Assembly: GCF_006345805.1 (NCBI RefSeq)
Contig: NC_043012.1
Location: 1,860,001-1,924,000 of the forward strand
From: Octopus sinensis
Lineage: Eukaryota
Reading direction: 5' to 3'
DNA: 64,000 nucleotides
The position numbers and the translations under genes were made by a program. The notes beneath the pieces were generated by a model that worked only from the letters and a program-made list of their open reading frames with translations, did no database searches and was not told the origin of the DNA. This document shows, piece by piece, positions 50,680 to 61,917 of the stretch (its first letter is position 1; each line of letters starts with the position of its first letter).

Positions 50680-51000
50680 CAAATAGCATGTGCATGTCCT
50701 GTTCCATCTGCAGCCTGGTTTTGGTTTTGCTGCCATGTTGCACTTCTGGCACTCAAGCCCATCGGACAGTTTTTCTTTTCTCATTTTTTCGCACATGGGG
50801 CCTTAGCTCTGGTAATGCAACCTTCATCTTTTGTGTTGAAGAAATGGTCAAGGGCCACTCTTAGTGCGAGCACATCATTTGCAATGCTTTTTACTAATCA
50901 CCTCCTCTAAACTGCTAACTAGCTCCCCTCACCATCTAATTATTTCTTTGTATTTCTAGCTCTTTACTAAGTGCTATAGATGCTAATCTAATTCCCCTCT
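50680..51000 (-). mobile_element. Third Tx1-like ORF2 fragment (EN-RT linker)
   Basis: Degenerate translation ...LEEVISK..IANDVLALRVALDHFFNTKDEGCITRAK... aligns by eye with ...LEEAIRSGIASDVLAARLALDQHFNAKHEGCAVRAR... of the 19-22 kb element. Confidence 0.7.
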
Positions 51001-53047
51001 TCGGGTACATCTGATATTTTAATTTCTACCCCATGCCAGCCAAGGTATGTAGAAAGGAGTAATAGATTCTTGTAATTTACATGGAAAACCAGAATGTCTC
51101 TGAGCCAAGGTTTCTGTGAGGAATCTCATTTCTACACAGTTACATTGCCTGGCTCCAGTTACAAAGTCAGTGTTGCTCCATATTCCATATAGACATTTTC
51201 CTATTTGGATTTGGCCACACACGCACACACACACACAGGTTTTGTTAATTCTTTTGGCAATTCTTTCTATCAGTTGTAAAAGAACTGCAAGTGAGCTTTC
51301 CTGTTTCCTCAGTTGGTGAAATTTCCACATCAGTTAGATTAGGTTCCATGGAAACTTGCTCATGGAACCTTATTGCTCCCTGCACAGGCATAAGAGCCCT
51401 CTTTTATAACTGTTTTGCTAGGAATATTTGTGTTGTTGTTGTTGTTGTTATTATTGGTGGTGGTGGTGGTGGTGGTTTCTCTTGTTGATCCAGAAGCCAT
51501 AGTCTGAATGTGATAGACTTGAACTTAAATCATAAAGAGCTGGAACAAATACCACAAGGCATTTTTCTTTTCTGATGCTCTAAGCAATCCCTCCAGCTTG
51601 CCACCATTAATAATTTTCTAACATAGGCTCAAGACCTGAAATTTGGGGACAGTGGTTAGTTAATTACATGCGACCCTGATACTTAAATGGCTCTTTATTC
51701 TATTGGCCCTGAAGAATGAAAGAAAAATTGAACTCAGGTGGGTTTGAACTCAGAACAAATACCACAATGCATTGTACCCAATGCTTGTGAGTTATGTTTA
51801 TGAAGGGCAGACACAGTCTATTTATTCATTTACATTCTTTAAATGGTTTACCTTTCAGAAGAATAGACTTATTAACAAGAAACTCAACTTGTTAATATTT
51901 CATTCTTCTCTACTGTGGTTAATGTAATTATTAAAAGCTTCTGTTCCCTGTAATTATTTCGTACAGTGTCATATTCTCCTGATTTACTGTCTAATGTATT
52001 GTTTTATTACAATGTAACTTATATCTGAATTGAAAGCAAAGTTGTTTTTCTCAGTTCACAAACAGCATACTCATTCTATTCTATGTGGGTATGTGTGAGA
52101 GTCACAATGGGTTTGGTAGCAAAATATAGACTTTGTGTATAGAGAACTGTATATGGTGTGTTTGTGTGTAAGATGTGTGATGATGTTTGTTAGTGAAATA
52201 TGGGCAGGGAACATAGAGGGATGTACATGGTGTGTGTTTGTGTGTGTGTGTGTGCATGGTAGTGAAGCATGGGACAGTGAGAGTAAGAGTTAAGTGCTAG
52301 AGCTGTATTGGTGTTGTGCAGACAGGGAATATATTTGTTCTGATGAAATGGTGTTGGTGACAGTTGCAGTAATAAAATTAAATGTTGTTTTTTTTATTAG
52401 TAGTAGAACAGGCTGTAGCTGTCATTGTTCCATACTTATAACAAGATACTAAAAAGATTCTCAAGCCACTTCATTTGATAGCAAGATGATAAAAATAAAA
52501 ACCAGTGAGAAAAAGGCATTGATTAGTGTATAGTCAGCCGTAAACTGTTTGTCTTTATGACTAACCTCCCCCAACTCTAAACTCGAACTCTTATATAAAA
52601 ACACAATGATTGCAACTCTAGGAAGTCCTGTTTCAACAAGGTTTACAAACTGATAATTATGTCTTATCACTGTTGTTATTCCTATTCAGGTTTTCATCCT
52701 TCAAAGATGTTCCAACTGTAACCATCCCATCTTTTATTCAGACACATTGTATCTGGGAGTACATTATCTAATGTATAGTTTTTCAATATTAATGGCTATG
52801 AGATCCCCCCCCCCCTTCAGTCATGACTGACCGTGGGATTGCACCTAGAAAGTTACCCTCCCAGGCACAGGTCCGGACAAGGTTGTTTATCTAATATTAT
52901 TTGATAGACACAATACATGTGTTTACGTGATACTAAGTTTCATTTGTTGAGAAATACCTCAAACATAATCATCAGGTACAAACCGCATACCATAACAAAC
53001 TAAAACTTTAGCACATAAAAACATAGTCTATTAAATTATATATATAT

Positions 53048-53210
53048 AGGCACAGGAGTGGCTGTGCCGTAAGTAGCTTGCTAACCAACCACATGGTTCT
53101 GGGTTCAGTCCCACTGCGTGGAACCTTGGGCAAGTGTCTTCTACTATAACCTCGGGCCGACCAAAGCCTTGTGAGTGGATTTGGTAGACGGAAACTGAAA
53201 GAAGCCTGTC

Positions 53211-53264
<54 letters not shown>

Positions 53265-53483
53265 ATGTGTGTGTGTGTGTGTCTGTGTTTGTCCCCCTAG
53301 CATTGCTTGACAACCGATGCTGGTGTGTTTATGTCCCCGTCACTTAGCTGTTCAGCAAAAGAGACCGATAGAATAAGTACTGGGCTTACAAAGAATAAGT
53401 CCCGGGATCGAGTTGCTCGATTAAAGGTGGTGCTCCAGCATGGCCGCAGTCAAATGGCTGAAACAAGTAAAAGAGTAAAGAGT
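53048..53483 (+). mobile_element. Full-length SINE A
   Basis: Family head and tail are both present, with an expanded (TA)n centre. Confidence 0.9.
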
Positions 53484-55409
53484 AATATATGTGTGTGTGT
53501 ATATATACACTCGCACATATATGTTGAGACCCCCTTTGGTCATGACTGACCATGGATTCGCACCTAGAAAGTTACCCTTCCAGGCACAAGTCTGGACAAG
53601 GTTGGTTATAGAAGACCAGCAGTCGCCCATGCATTACCGGCCTCCCCTCTCCATGCCACCGGTGTTATCCAATGGAAAGGCAGATACAGCTTGGCACCTG
53701 TGACATCGCAACTCATTTCTACAGCTGAGTGAACTGGAGCAACGTGAAATAAAGTGTCTTGCTCAAGAACACAACATGCAGCCTGGTCCGGGATTCAAAC
53801 TCACAACCTCACGATCATAATCTTGACACTCTAACCACTGAGCCATGCTATATTAAGGCAATAAACTGGCAGAATTGTTAGCATGATGGACAAAATGCTT
53901 AGTGGCTTTTTGTCCATCTTAACATTCTGAGTTCAAATTCTGCCAATGTCATCTTTGCCTTTCATCCTCTAGGGGGGTTGATAAAATAAGTACCAGTTGG
54001 GCACTGGGGGTAATTGACTTACCCCCTCCCTACAAAGTCGCTAGCCTTGTGGCAAAATTTGAAACTGTTATTATTGTTGTCCAGCCCCAGTTCAGTCTTG
54101 ATCCTTCAAAGATGTTCCAGTTGTGACCATCCCATCTTTTATTCAGGCATATTGTGTCTAGCACTACATTATCTAACATACAGTATTTTAAGGTGGCAAA
54201 CTGGCAGAATCGTTAGCATGCCAGGAAAAATGCTAAGCAGCATTTCATCCATCTCAACGTTCTGTGTTCAAATTCCATCAAAGTCACCTTTGCCTTTCAA
54301 CCTTTCGGGGTCAATAAAATAAATACCAGCTGAGCACTGGGGTCAATGTAATCACTTACTCCCTCCCCACAAAATTGCTGGCATTCTGCCAAAATTTTAA
54401 AACTAATATTAATGGCTACATAAATGGTTGTTGCTTGGCCCTCAAGTCATCCCTGATCCAGTAGATCTACAATCAAAAATGCTTCATCTGTGACCTCCAG
54501 TCTTGACCATTCCATTCAGTCACAGTATATCTAGAACCACACTGTCTAATATGGCCCTTCAATGACATATCAATCCCATTCTATGAAGGTATATAGCCTA
54601 ATGGTTGAGGTTTATGATTGTAGGGCCCCAGCATTCAGCTCATGGACAGAGCAGCATGTTGTGTCCTTCACATTGCTCCTGTTTACTCAACTACAACGGA
54701 TACCAGCCCTCTCTTTCTTCAGCTGATACATCTTAGCTGTTCTTCTGAGCAAAGGGAAATGGGGCCAAGAGGTTATCTATGTACATTCACTACATCAGCC
54801 ACTAAAACAATTTGAAAAGCATGATACACATTACCAAGTCATAATGGTGACGGTAATTGGATGTATTCTCTTAGTGGCATTCCAGCGGAACTGTGATCAA
54901 AGGTTTTCCAGCCTTGCCTATCTCGTCTTTTACTCAGATGTAGAGTATCTAAAACTGTGTCTGTGTTCTTACCCATTGTAAAACAATAGGGGTGCAATGA
55001 ACAATAGCAGCTTAGGTGTAGAGGAGTGGTGTTTGAGAGGGGGGTGAGTGCATACCCTTTTCTAGTGTGTGCAGCTTAGAAGTCCTTAGTGTATTCTCTA
55101 TGTAAATACACAACTCAGTGTGTTGTAGGGGGGAGATAATCTTCTCTGTGACTTTGAGATACACCCACATTGATTTAAACTCTACACTGTAAGCAAATGA
55201 AACAATTATCTGCATTGCATTTTGTTATTTCACCTCCTTGTTGTACCTATTTTAGTGAAATGAACTGAGCCACTTTGATAGTGTTGCATTATAACCATGG
55301 GCACAGCTGAAAGAACCTATGTAGGCCAGCAATATATACACACACACACATGTCTACTTTGTAGAGTGTGAGAGATGAAAGAGTTTAGCAAGTATAGGAA
55401 CAAGAAATT

Positions 55410-55678
55410 GGTCAGTATATGCATATTTTCCATTCACTAGTCAGCAAGTAAGGAATTCCATGTCTCAACACAAATTTCCTAAATACTTCACTTTTGGAGT
55501 TTAAGAAGTCTCCTAGATCAAGCAAATTCTTCGTGCTTGATTCAAGAGGTGGTGGTGGTGGGGGGGCTTCTTAAACTACAAAAGTGAGGTGTTTAGTTCG
55601 TGCCCTCATGAGGGGAAATCAGTGTTAGAGGCATGGAATTCCCCGCTCGTTGACTAGCAAATGGAAATTATATTGACC
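55410..55678. repeat. Imperfect foldback/MITE of about 270 bp
   Basis: tttccattcactagtc...ggaattccatg pairs with catggaattcc...gactagcaaatggaaa; cttcacttttggagtttaagaag pairs with cttcttaaactacaaaagtgagg. Confidence 0.75.
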
Positions 55679-55981
55679 TTTTCGGACACAAACTGGTCAA
55701 AGGAAAATGATTCTATTTCACCCAGAAGGGATGCTCCTTAGTAGAACTTTGTTTCAGGGTTGTTTTTTTTAAACAACGCTGACATTCCTGCCTCCAGTAT
55801 TAAAGAGGCTTTGTGCTTCTCCCCTGTAGGTCTGGTGACTCTCCTACACATCTAAGAGCGTAATAGGTGTGAAACCAATGATAACCTCGTGATCAGCCAT
55901 AACCAACAGCTGCATTAAGTGTGTGTGTGTATGAATATATGCATATATATGTGTGTGTGTGTATGAATATATGCATATATA

Positions 55982-56014
<33 letters not shown>

Positions 56015-56278
56015 GTATCTATGTATGTATGAGTGTGTGTGTATTAATGTGTAATATCTAAATAAAGAAATAGACTGATGGAGTGATCATAGCTGAAACA
56101 CTATCTATAACAGGTCTACTAGATCAGCACTAGCCTAGGGTTAAACAACATAAATAACAACTGTTGTCAATGGTCATGGCTGGAACATCTGCTGGGTCAA
56201 GGATAACTCTAGGCTAAACAAGAATAACACTTATTACTATTTAGATAAGATAAGACTTATTGATCACTTAGTAAATTG

Positions 56279-56599
56279 AATGCTTTTAACTAAGACAACA
56301 GCCTTCTTGAAACAGGATTTCCTTGCATTATGAGAATTGTATATTCATATCAGAGCTGGAATTTAAACTTACAGGGTGGATAAAGAAACTAGTATTTGGT
56401 GTGGTTATTGTAAAGGCATAAAAGGTGTGAGATTGAGACACCGATTGGATGACTGGCATCCGTCTTTAAAATTACCACACCAAATACTAGATTCCTTGCT
56501 CACTCCTAAATTTAAATTCCAGTTCTCATACAAAAACAGAATGGTTATAATAATAGGAAATCCTGTTTCAACAAGGTTGTTGCCTTAGTTTAAAGCATT
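56279..56599. repeat. Old foldback/MITE of about 320 bp; a related single arm lies at about 52555-52640
   Basis: Perfect inner 17-bp inverted repeat ctagtatttggtgtggt (56389-56405 / 56474-56490), extending outward imperfectly through gaaacaggatttcc and aatgcttt. Confidence 0.7.
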
Positions 56600-57894
56600 T
56601 ATTTTATAAATATATTCAATTGATGTATGTGTGTGTGTGTGAGTAAGTTTTATTATCATTCAATTTATTTCAAGATTTCCTGCCAATAGAGAAAGAAGTG
56701 ATTTCTAACCAAGGATCTAGAACTACACTGTCTAATATGGCCCTTCAACGACAGATCAATCCCATTCTATGAAGGTATATAGCCTAATGGTTAAGGTTTT
56801 AGGTTTATGATCGTAGGGCCCCAGCATTCAGCTCATGGACAGAGCAGCATGTTGTGTCCTTCACATTGCTCCTGTTTACTCAACTACAACGGATACCAGC
56901 CCTCTCTTTCTTCAGCTGATACATCTTAGCTGTTCTTCTGAGCAAAGGGAAATGGGGCCATGAGAGTGTCTATGTACATTCACTACATCAGCCACTAAAA
57001 CAATTTGAAAAACATGATACACATTACCAAGTCATAATGGTGATGGTAATTGGATGTATTCTCTTAGTGGCATTCCAGCAGAACTGTGATCAAAGGTTTT
57101 CCAGCCTTGCCTATCTCGTCTTTTACTCAGATGTAGAGTATCTAAAACTGTGTCTGTGTTCTTACCCATTGTAAAACAATAGGGGTGCAATGAACAATAG
57201 CAGCTTAGGTGTAGAATTTCAACAGCAACAACAGGGTATTTTTGTATGGTTTGCAATGTGTGCTGCCATGTATGCTTGTCAAGAGCAGGGCTCATTAGTC
57301 ACCAACGGATCTGCAAATGCAAAATATAAGTTAATCCTAGCATGCACAATGTTCCTAAAGGTCAGCAATGGTCTTTCTCAATCATGAGTGGACGGCCATC
57401 ATGTGCAGATTTGTATGTTTTATGTATGTATTCTCGTGCATATAGTTGCATATCTTGACATGCTCATATATATTTAAATTATAAACTTCTGGAAAGTTTT
57501 ACAGATTTTTACAGTTACAATGATGGGTTGGATCTGTAGTCTTTGAATTAGTTTTTTCCGTTCTGGTTTTAAGAAGCCTAATTTCTCGAGATTGGTATTT
57601 AGGCAGTGTGTTACATATCCCAGGGCCCCAATAATTACAGGTTCATCATAGGTGTTCTCTTTTACACTGATCTCCAGCTATATGTTAACATCATCTGGGC
57701 AGCTAATTTCCACAACTGTGCACAGTTTCTCCATCCCATGCATGCATGTATACCTATGTATCTATGAAAAGTATGTATGTGTGCATGTTTATATGTGTCT
57801 GGGGATTGTGTGTCTACATAGATACATGTGTATGTATACATACATACATGTAGCAAACCAATGTCCCACAATCACTGATGAGTGCTATTGAATG

Positions 57895-58350
57895 CATGAC
57901 CAAGACTTAGTACACCACTTTGCTCCTTAGGAGTGATAAGGAACAAATCAAGTCAGCATTCACTATCAAAAAGGCATCTTTCAGGATGATAGCCTGTTGG
58001 TACTGCTGCTTGTCCACTCCTTAAATCCCCTATCATACCTACACATAAAACATAGTGGCCATAAAAATATATCCAAAAGCATCCCCCTATCTATTCTTTG
58101 TTGATAACTTGAAGTTGTGTGGATCAAATATCAACCAAATAAAAAACCAATTGGACCTCGTTATCCAATTTTCTACAGATATTGGAATGAAATTTGGTGA
58201 GTCCAAATGTGCATTTTTGACAATAATGTATAGAAAAGTTGTACCCTCCTCTGAAAACCTAAAAAATAAACAGCTTGACAACACAACCTCTACAGTCAGG
58301 TGACAATTGTAGGTGTCTTGGACAAGATGAGAATGTTAGATATGATGGAC
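57895..58350 (+). mobile_element. RT fragment of an R4/Dong-like LINE
   Basis: Degenerate IKKGIFQDDSL...LNPLSYL, FVDNLKLCG and FSTDIGMKFGESKCA. Confidence 0.7.
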
Positions 58351-58374
58351 CCGTTGTTCAAAAGCTTTGCAGCA

Positions 58375-59367
58375 TGATCTTTCCTCTTGTCCTTAATGGC
58401 TTGGGATAAAAATTGGCCCCTTTGTCATCTTGTATGAAGAATACTGAATATCTTCATGCACGACCTGCCTGATAAGAAACTCAGACACTCCCATACCCCT
58501 GGCAAGGGACCTGATTGACTTGGAGGGATCGTTGTCAATCATGGCTTGGATCTCACCAAACAATTCAGGAGTTCGTTTCTTATCAGAATGATCAAAGTTA
58601 GTTTTCCGAGCTGCCATGCCTTCGTAATCACCATTAGACTCATCCAGCACTTTCCAAATCCTCTTCACTGTTCTCAGATTGACACCCAAACACTCTGAAA
58701 TGTTCGTATAGCAGCTTCCAGTGCAAATGCCAAGCAGTACAGCATGTTGTTTCAAAATTTCTGGCAGAGAGAATTGCATCAAGGTGCACCTAACTCATAA
58801 TAATCAAGGGGGTTACAGTCTGGCAAGTTAAGTGGCCAGATGTTAGGGGTGATGTGGTCACAGAAATTTTCTGACAGCCATGACTAGTTTCTTCTGCTTG
58901 TATGGCATGGTGCAGAGTTCTGTTACCAGACATAGGGTCTTCCAGCAGCCACCCTCTTGACCCAGGGCAGTACTACTGCCTCAAGGCACTTGATGTAGGC
59001 TTCCGTGTTGAGTGTGAGGCTGTGTGGGAAGATGAATGCAGGCATAACATCATCATCACTAGTGATCATTCCAAACACCATGATGTTGACTGGATGTTTG
59101 ATTTTTATCACTCTCAGTACATGTTTTCAGGACACAGCAAGCCAACTATTGTTCTGTGTGCTCAACATCTGTTTGTATTGGATCTACCAGTGCCAATGCC
59201 AAGCGGTACAGCATGTCATTTCCAAATTTCTGGCAGAGTAAATTACGTCATGGTGCTGTTTTTCTCACAGATGGTGCCCAACTGTCACTATTCTGTGTAG
59301 ATCACAAAATCCAAAACAAGCAATGCACGAAATTAAAAGTATAAAATGCTGACAGTTTACCCATTGC

Positions 59368-59372
<5 letters not shown>
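58375..59372 (-). mobile_element. Rearranged DD37D/maT-like transposon remnant
   Basis: Terminus (c/t)agggtgcaatggg at 59372. Catalytic segment KHPVNIMVFGMITSD...VLPWVKRVAAGRPYVW...NIWPLNLPDCNPLDYY, followed by a second N-terminal HTH segment (58782-58393). Confidence 0.8.
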
Positions 59373-59402
<30 letters not shown>

Positions 59403-59512
59403 GCCTGATGAAGCCTTCCGGCTTCACAGACCCCAGTTAAACCGTCCAACCCATGCTAGCATGGAAAACGGACGCTAAATGATGATGATGATGATGATAT
59501 ATATATATATAT

Positions 59513-60014
59513 ATATTGTTATATTTCGGAATGGTCATATTGCCAGTTTAACCAATAAAAACACACGCACTATATATTTGGTGTTATTTTGCTTCAGTGA
59601 TATTTATTTTTTACATTAATCTTAATCTTATTTCGGCCAAAGTTCTTTCGTCACACTCCTGTGACCGCATCAGTGGTCCTTTGTTTTCTTCTTTCTTATT
59701 TGTGTCTCTCCTTACTAACCGTCAGCCATTTTGTATTTCTATTGTATGTCTTCATTTGCGCATGCTTATATCTCTATGTGCGTCTATGTTTATTTAGTGT
59801 GTGTGTGGGGGGGATGCCTGTAATATTTGTATCTTCTGGTTATATACATTCTTGTAATTTGTATTTTGTTTTTGTTGTTGTTGCTTTTGTTCTAATTTTG
59901 TTCATGTGTTTACATCCACCCATTATTATCATTACATATGCTTGTATGTATGTATAACAACAATATTAGTAATAATAATAATCTAATCGAAAAAAATAAA
60001 TTTAAAAAAGAAAA

Positions 60015-60049
<35 letters not shown>

Positions 60050-61297
60050 CATATATACACACATATACACATATACATATATACACATATACATATATAT
60101 AGTTATTCATTTCTATTTCTTTAATTATCTGTGTATTTATTATGTTTGCAGGATCCACTATCGTCATATGTTGTGGTGTGTGCTATTGCTCCATTCTAGT
60201 TTTCTATTCAGGCTAGGTTTATTTTCTATTATATGTGTAGCTTCTGTAATTTGTCTAATTGTTGCATCTGTTCTATGTGTGGACAATATCTTAATCTCTA
60301 TGTTATTGATTGATCCCCCGTGTTCTTGTTCGGCGTGTTGGTACAGAATCGATGAGCTTTTACCTTCCTTGAGTTGTCTCCAATGTTCATTCACCCGCTC
60401 TCCAATGCTCCTTGCTGTTTCCCCTACGTATGTTACTGTCTTGTTACTGCATCGTCCCTCTATACATCTTATACTATAGACCACATTTCAGAGTATACAA
60501 AGGAGCCATGAAGAAATTTGATAATATATTATGTAATGATAGGAATGGAATTTGCCCACTCTATAGGAACAAGTCATGGAACACTATAGAAAGGACAAAA
60601 AAGAAAATGGGGAAGGCCAACTCTTGGTATGATAGCCATAAATACCAGAGTGTCATGTTCGTTGACACCACCCCTGGAGGTGAACTGGCGTACCGCTTTA
60701 GAAGGACCCTAGATAAACTTAAACTAAGAAAAGGTTGTTGAAAAGCCAGGCAACCCTATCAGATCTATAATTGGTAGAACCTATCCTTTAGTAGAACTCT
60801 CTGTACGGATAACTATTGCACTGTATGTAGATTTAGCCCACAAACAAACTGTAAAGCCAGAAATGTGGTCTATAGTATAAGATGTATAGGGACGATGCAG
60901 TAACAAGACAGTAACATACGTAGGGGAAACAGCAAGGAGCATTGGAGAGCGGGTGAATGAACATTGGAGACAACTCAAGGAAGGTAAAAGCTCATCGATT
61001 CTGTACCAACACGCCGAACAAGAACACGGGGGATCAATCAATAACATAGAGATTAAGATATTGTCCACACATAGAACAGATGCAACAATTAGACAAATTA
61101 CAGAAGCTACACATATAATAGAAAATAAACCTAGCCTGAATAGAAAACTAGAATGGAGCAATAGCACACACCACAACATATGACGATAGTGGATCCTGCA
61201 AACATAAAAATACACAGATAATTAAAGAAATAGAAATGAATAACTATATATATTATATGTGTATATATGTATATGTGTATATATGTGTGTATATATG

Positions 61298-61354
<57 letters not shown>

Positions 61355-61860
61355 TTTTTAAATTTATTTTTTTTCGATTAGATTTATTATTATTATTACT
61401 AATATTGTTGTTATACATACATACAAGCATATGTAATGATAATAATGGGTGGATGTAAACACATGAACAAAATTAGAACAAAAGCAACAACAACAAAAAC
61501 AAAATACAAATTACAAGAATGTATATAACCAGAAGATACAAATATTACAGGCATCCCCCCCCCCCACACACACACACTAAATAAACATAGACGCACATAG
61601 AGATATAAGCATGCGCAAATGAAGACATACAATAGAAATACAAAATGGCTGACGGTTAGTAAGGAGAGACACAAGTAAGTGAGAAGAAAATAAGGACCAC
61701 TGATGCGGTCACAGGAGTGTGACGAAAGAACTTTGGCCGAAATAAGATTAAGATTAATGTAAAAAATAAATATCACTGAAGCAAAATAACACCAAATATA
61801 TAGTGCGTGTGTTTTTATTGGCTAAACTGGCAATATGACCATTCCGAAATATAACAATAT
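59513..61860 (+). mobile_element. Penelope-like element (Cys-rich linker plus GIY-YIG, Neptune/Naiad-like) forming a 2.35-kb inverted repeat
   Basis: Arms 59513-60489 (-) and 60860-61860 (+) are near-identical. The spacer 60490-60859 continues the + ORF (PLYRNKSW...SVMFVDTTPGGELA...VVEKPG...CTDNYCTVC...C). The EN reads VVYSIRC...YVGETARSIGERVNEH...H. Confidence 0.92.
61694..61738 (+). ncRNA. Hammerhead-like motif with a variant core (CUGAUGC); mirror copy at 59635-59679 (-)
   Basis: GGACCA-CUGAUGC-G-GUCAC-AGGAGU-GUGAC-GAAAG-AA-CUU-UGGCC. Stem II is a perfect 5 bp, stem I is 5 bp with one bulge, and the motif is identical in both arms. Confidence 0.65.
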
Positions 61861-61917
61861 CTGTTTCAACACACGACTTCACATAAAAAATCTTGCACAA
61901 CAAATATTTAAACGTAT

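Larger units (their letters stand above)
54529..57215 (+). repeat. Local ~0.5-kb direct duplication (54529-55022 and 56715-57215)
   Basis: Two near-identical copies 2.19 kb apart, differing by scattered substitutions and a short indel. They lack TG...CA ends. Confidence 0.9.

Noticed and set aside
54529-57215. Direct repeats as the LTR pair of a non-autonomous LTR element
   Set aside because: No TG...CA termini, PBS, PPT or TSD are visible, and the repeat starts inside an older repeat fragment.
57874-57905. ctgatgagtgc...gca as a hammerhead
   Set aside because: No GAAA or stem III follows.
59405-59430. ctgatgaagccttccggcttca as a hammerhead
   Set aside because: No GAAA follows the stem, and the sequence is part of a family C tail.
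61180-61240. SECIS element after the PLE ORF (some PLEs encode selenoproteins)
   Set aside because: The AUGA...AA...GA spacing has no complementary upper stem, and the linker cysteines are TGT/TGC rather than TGA.
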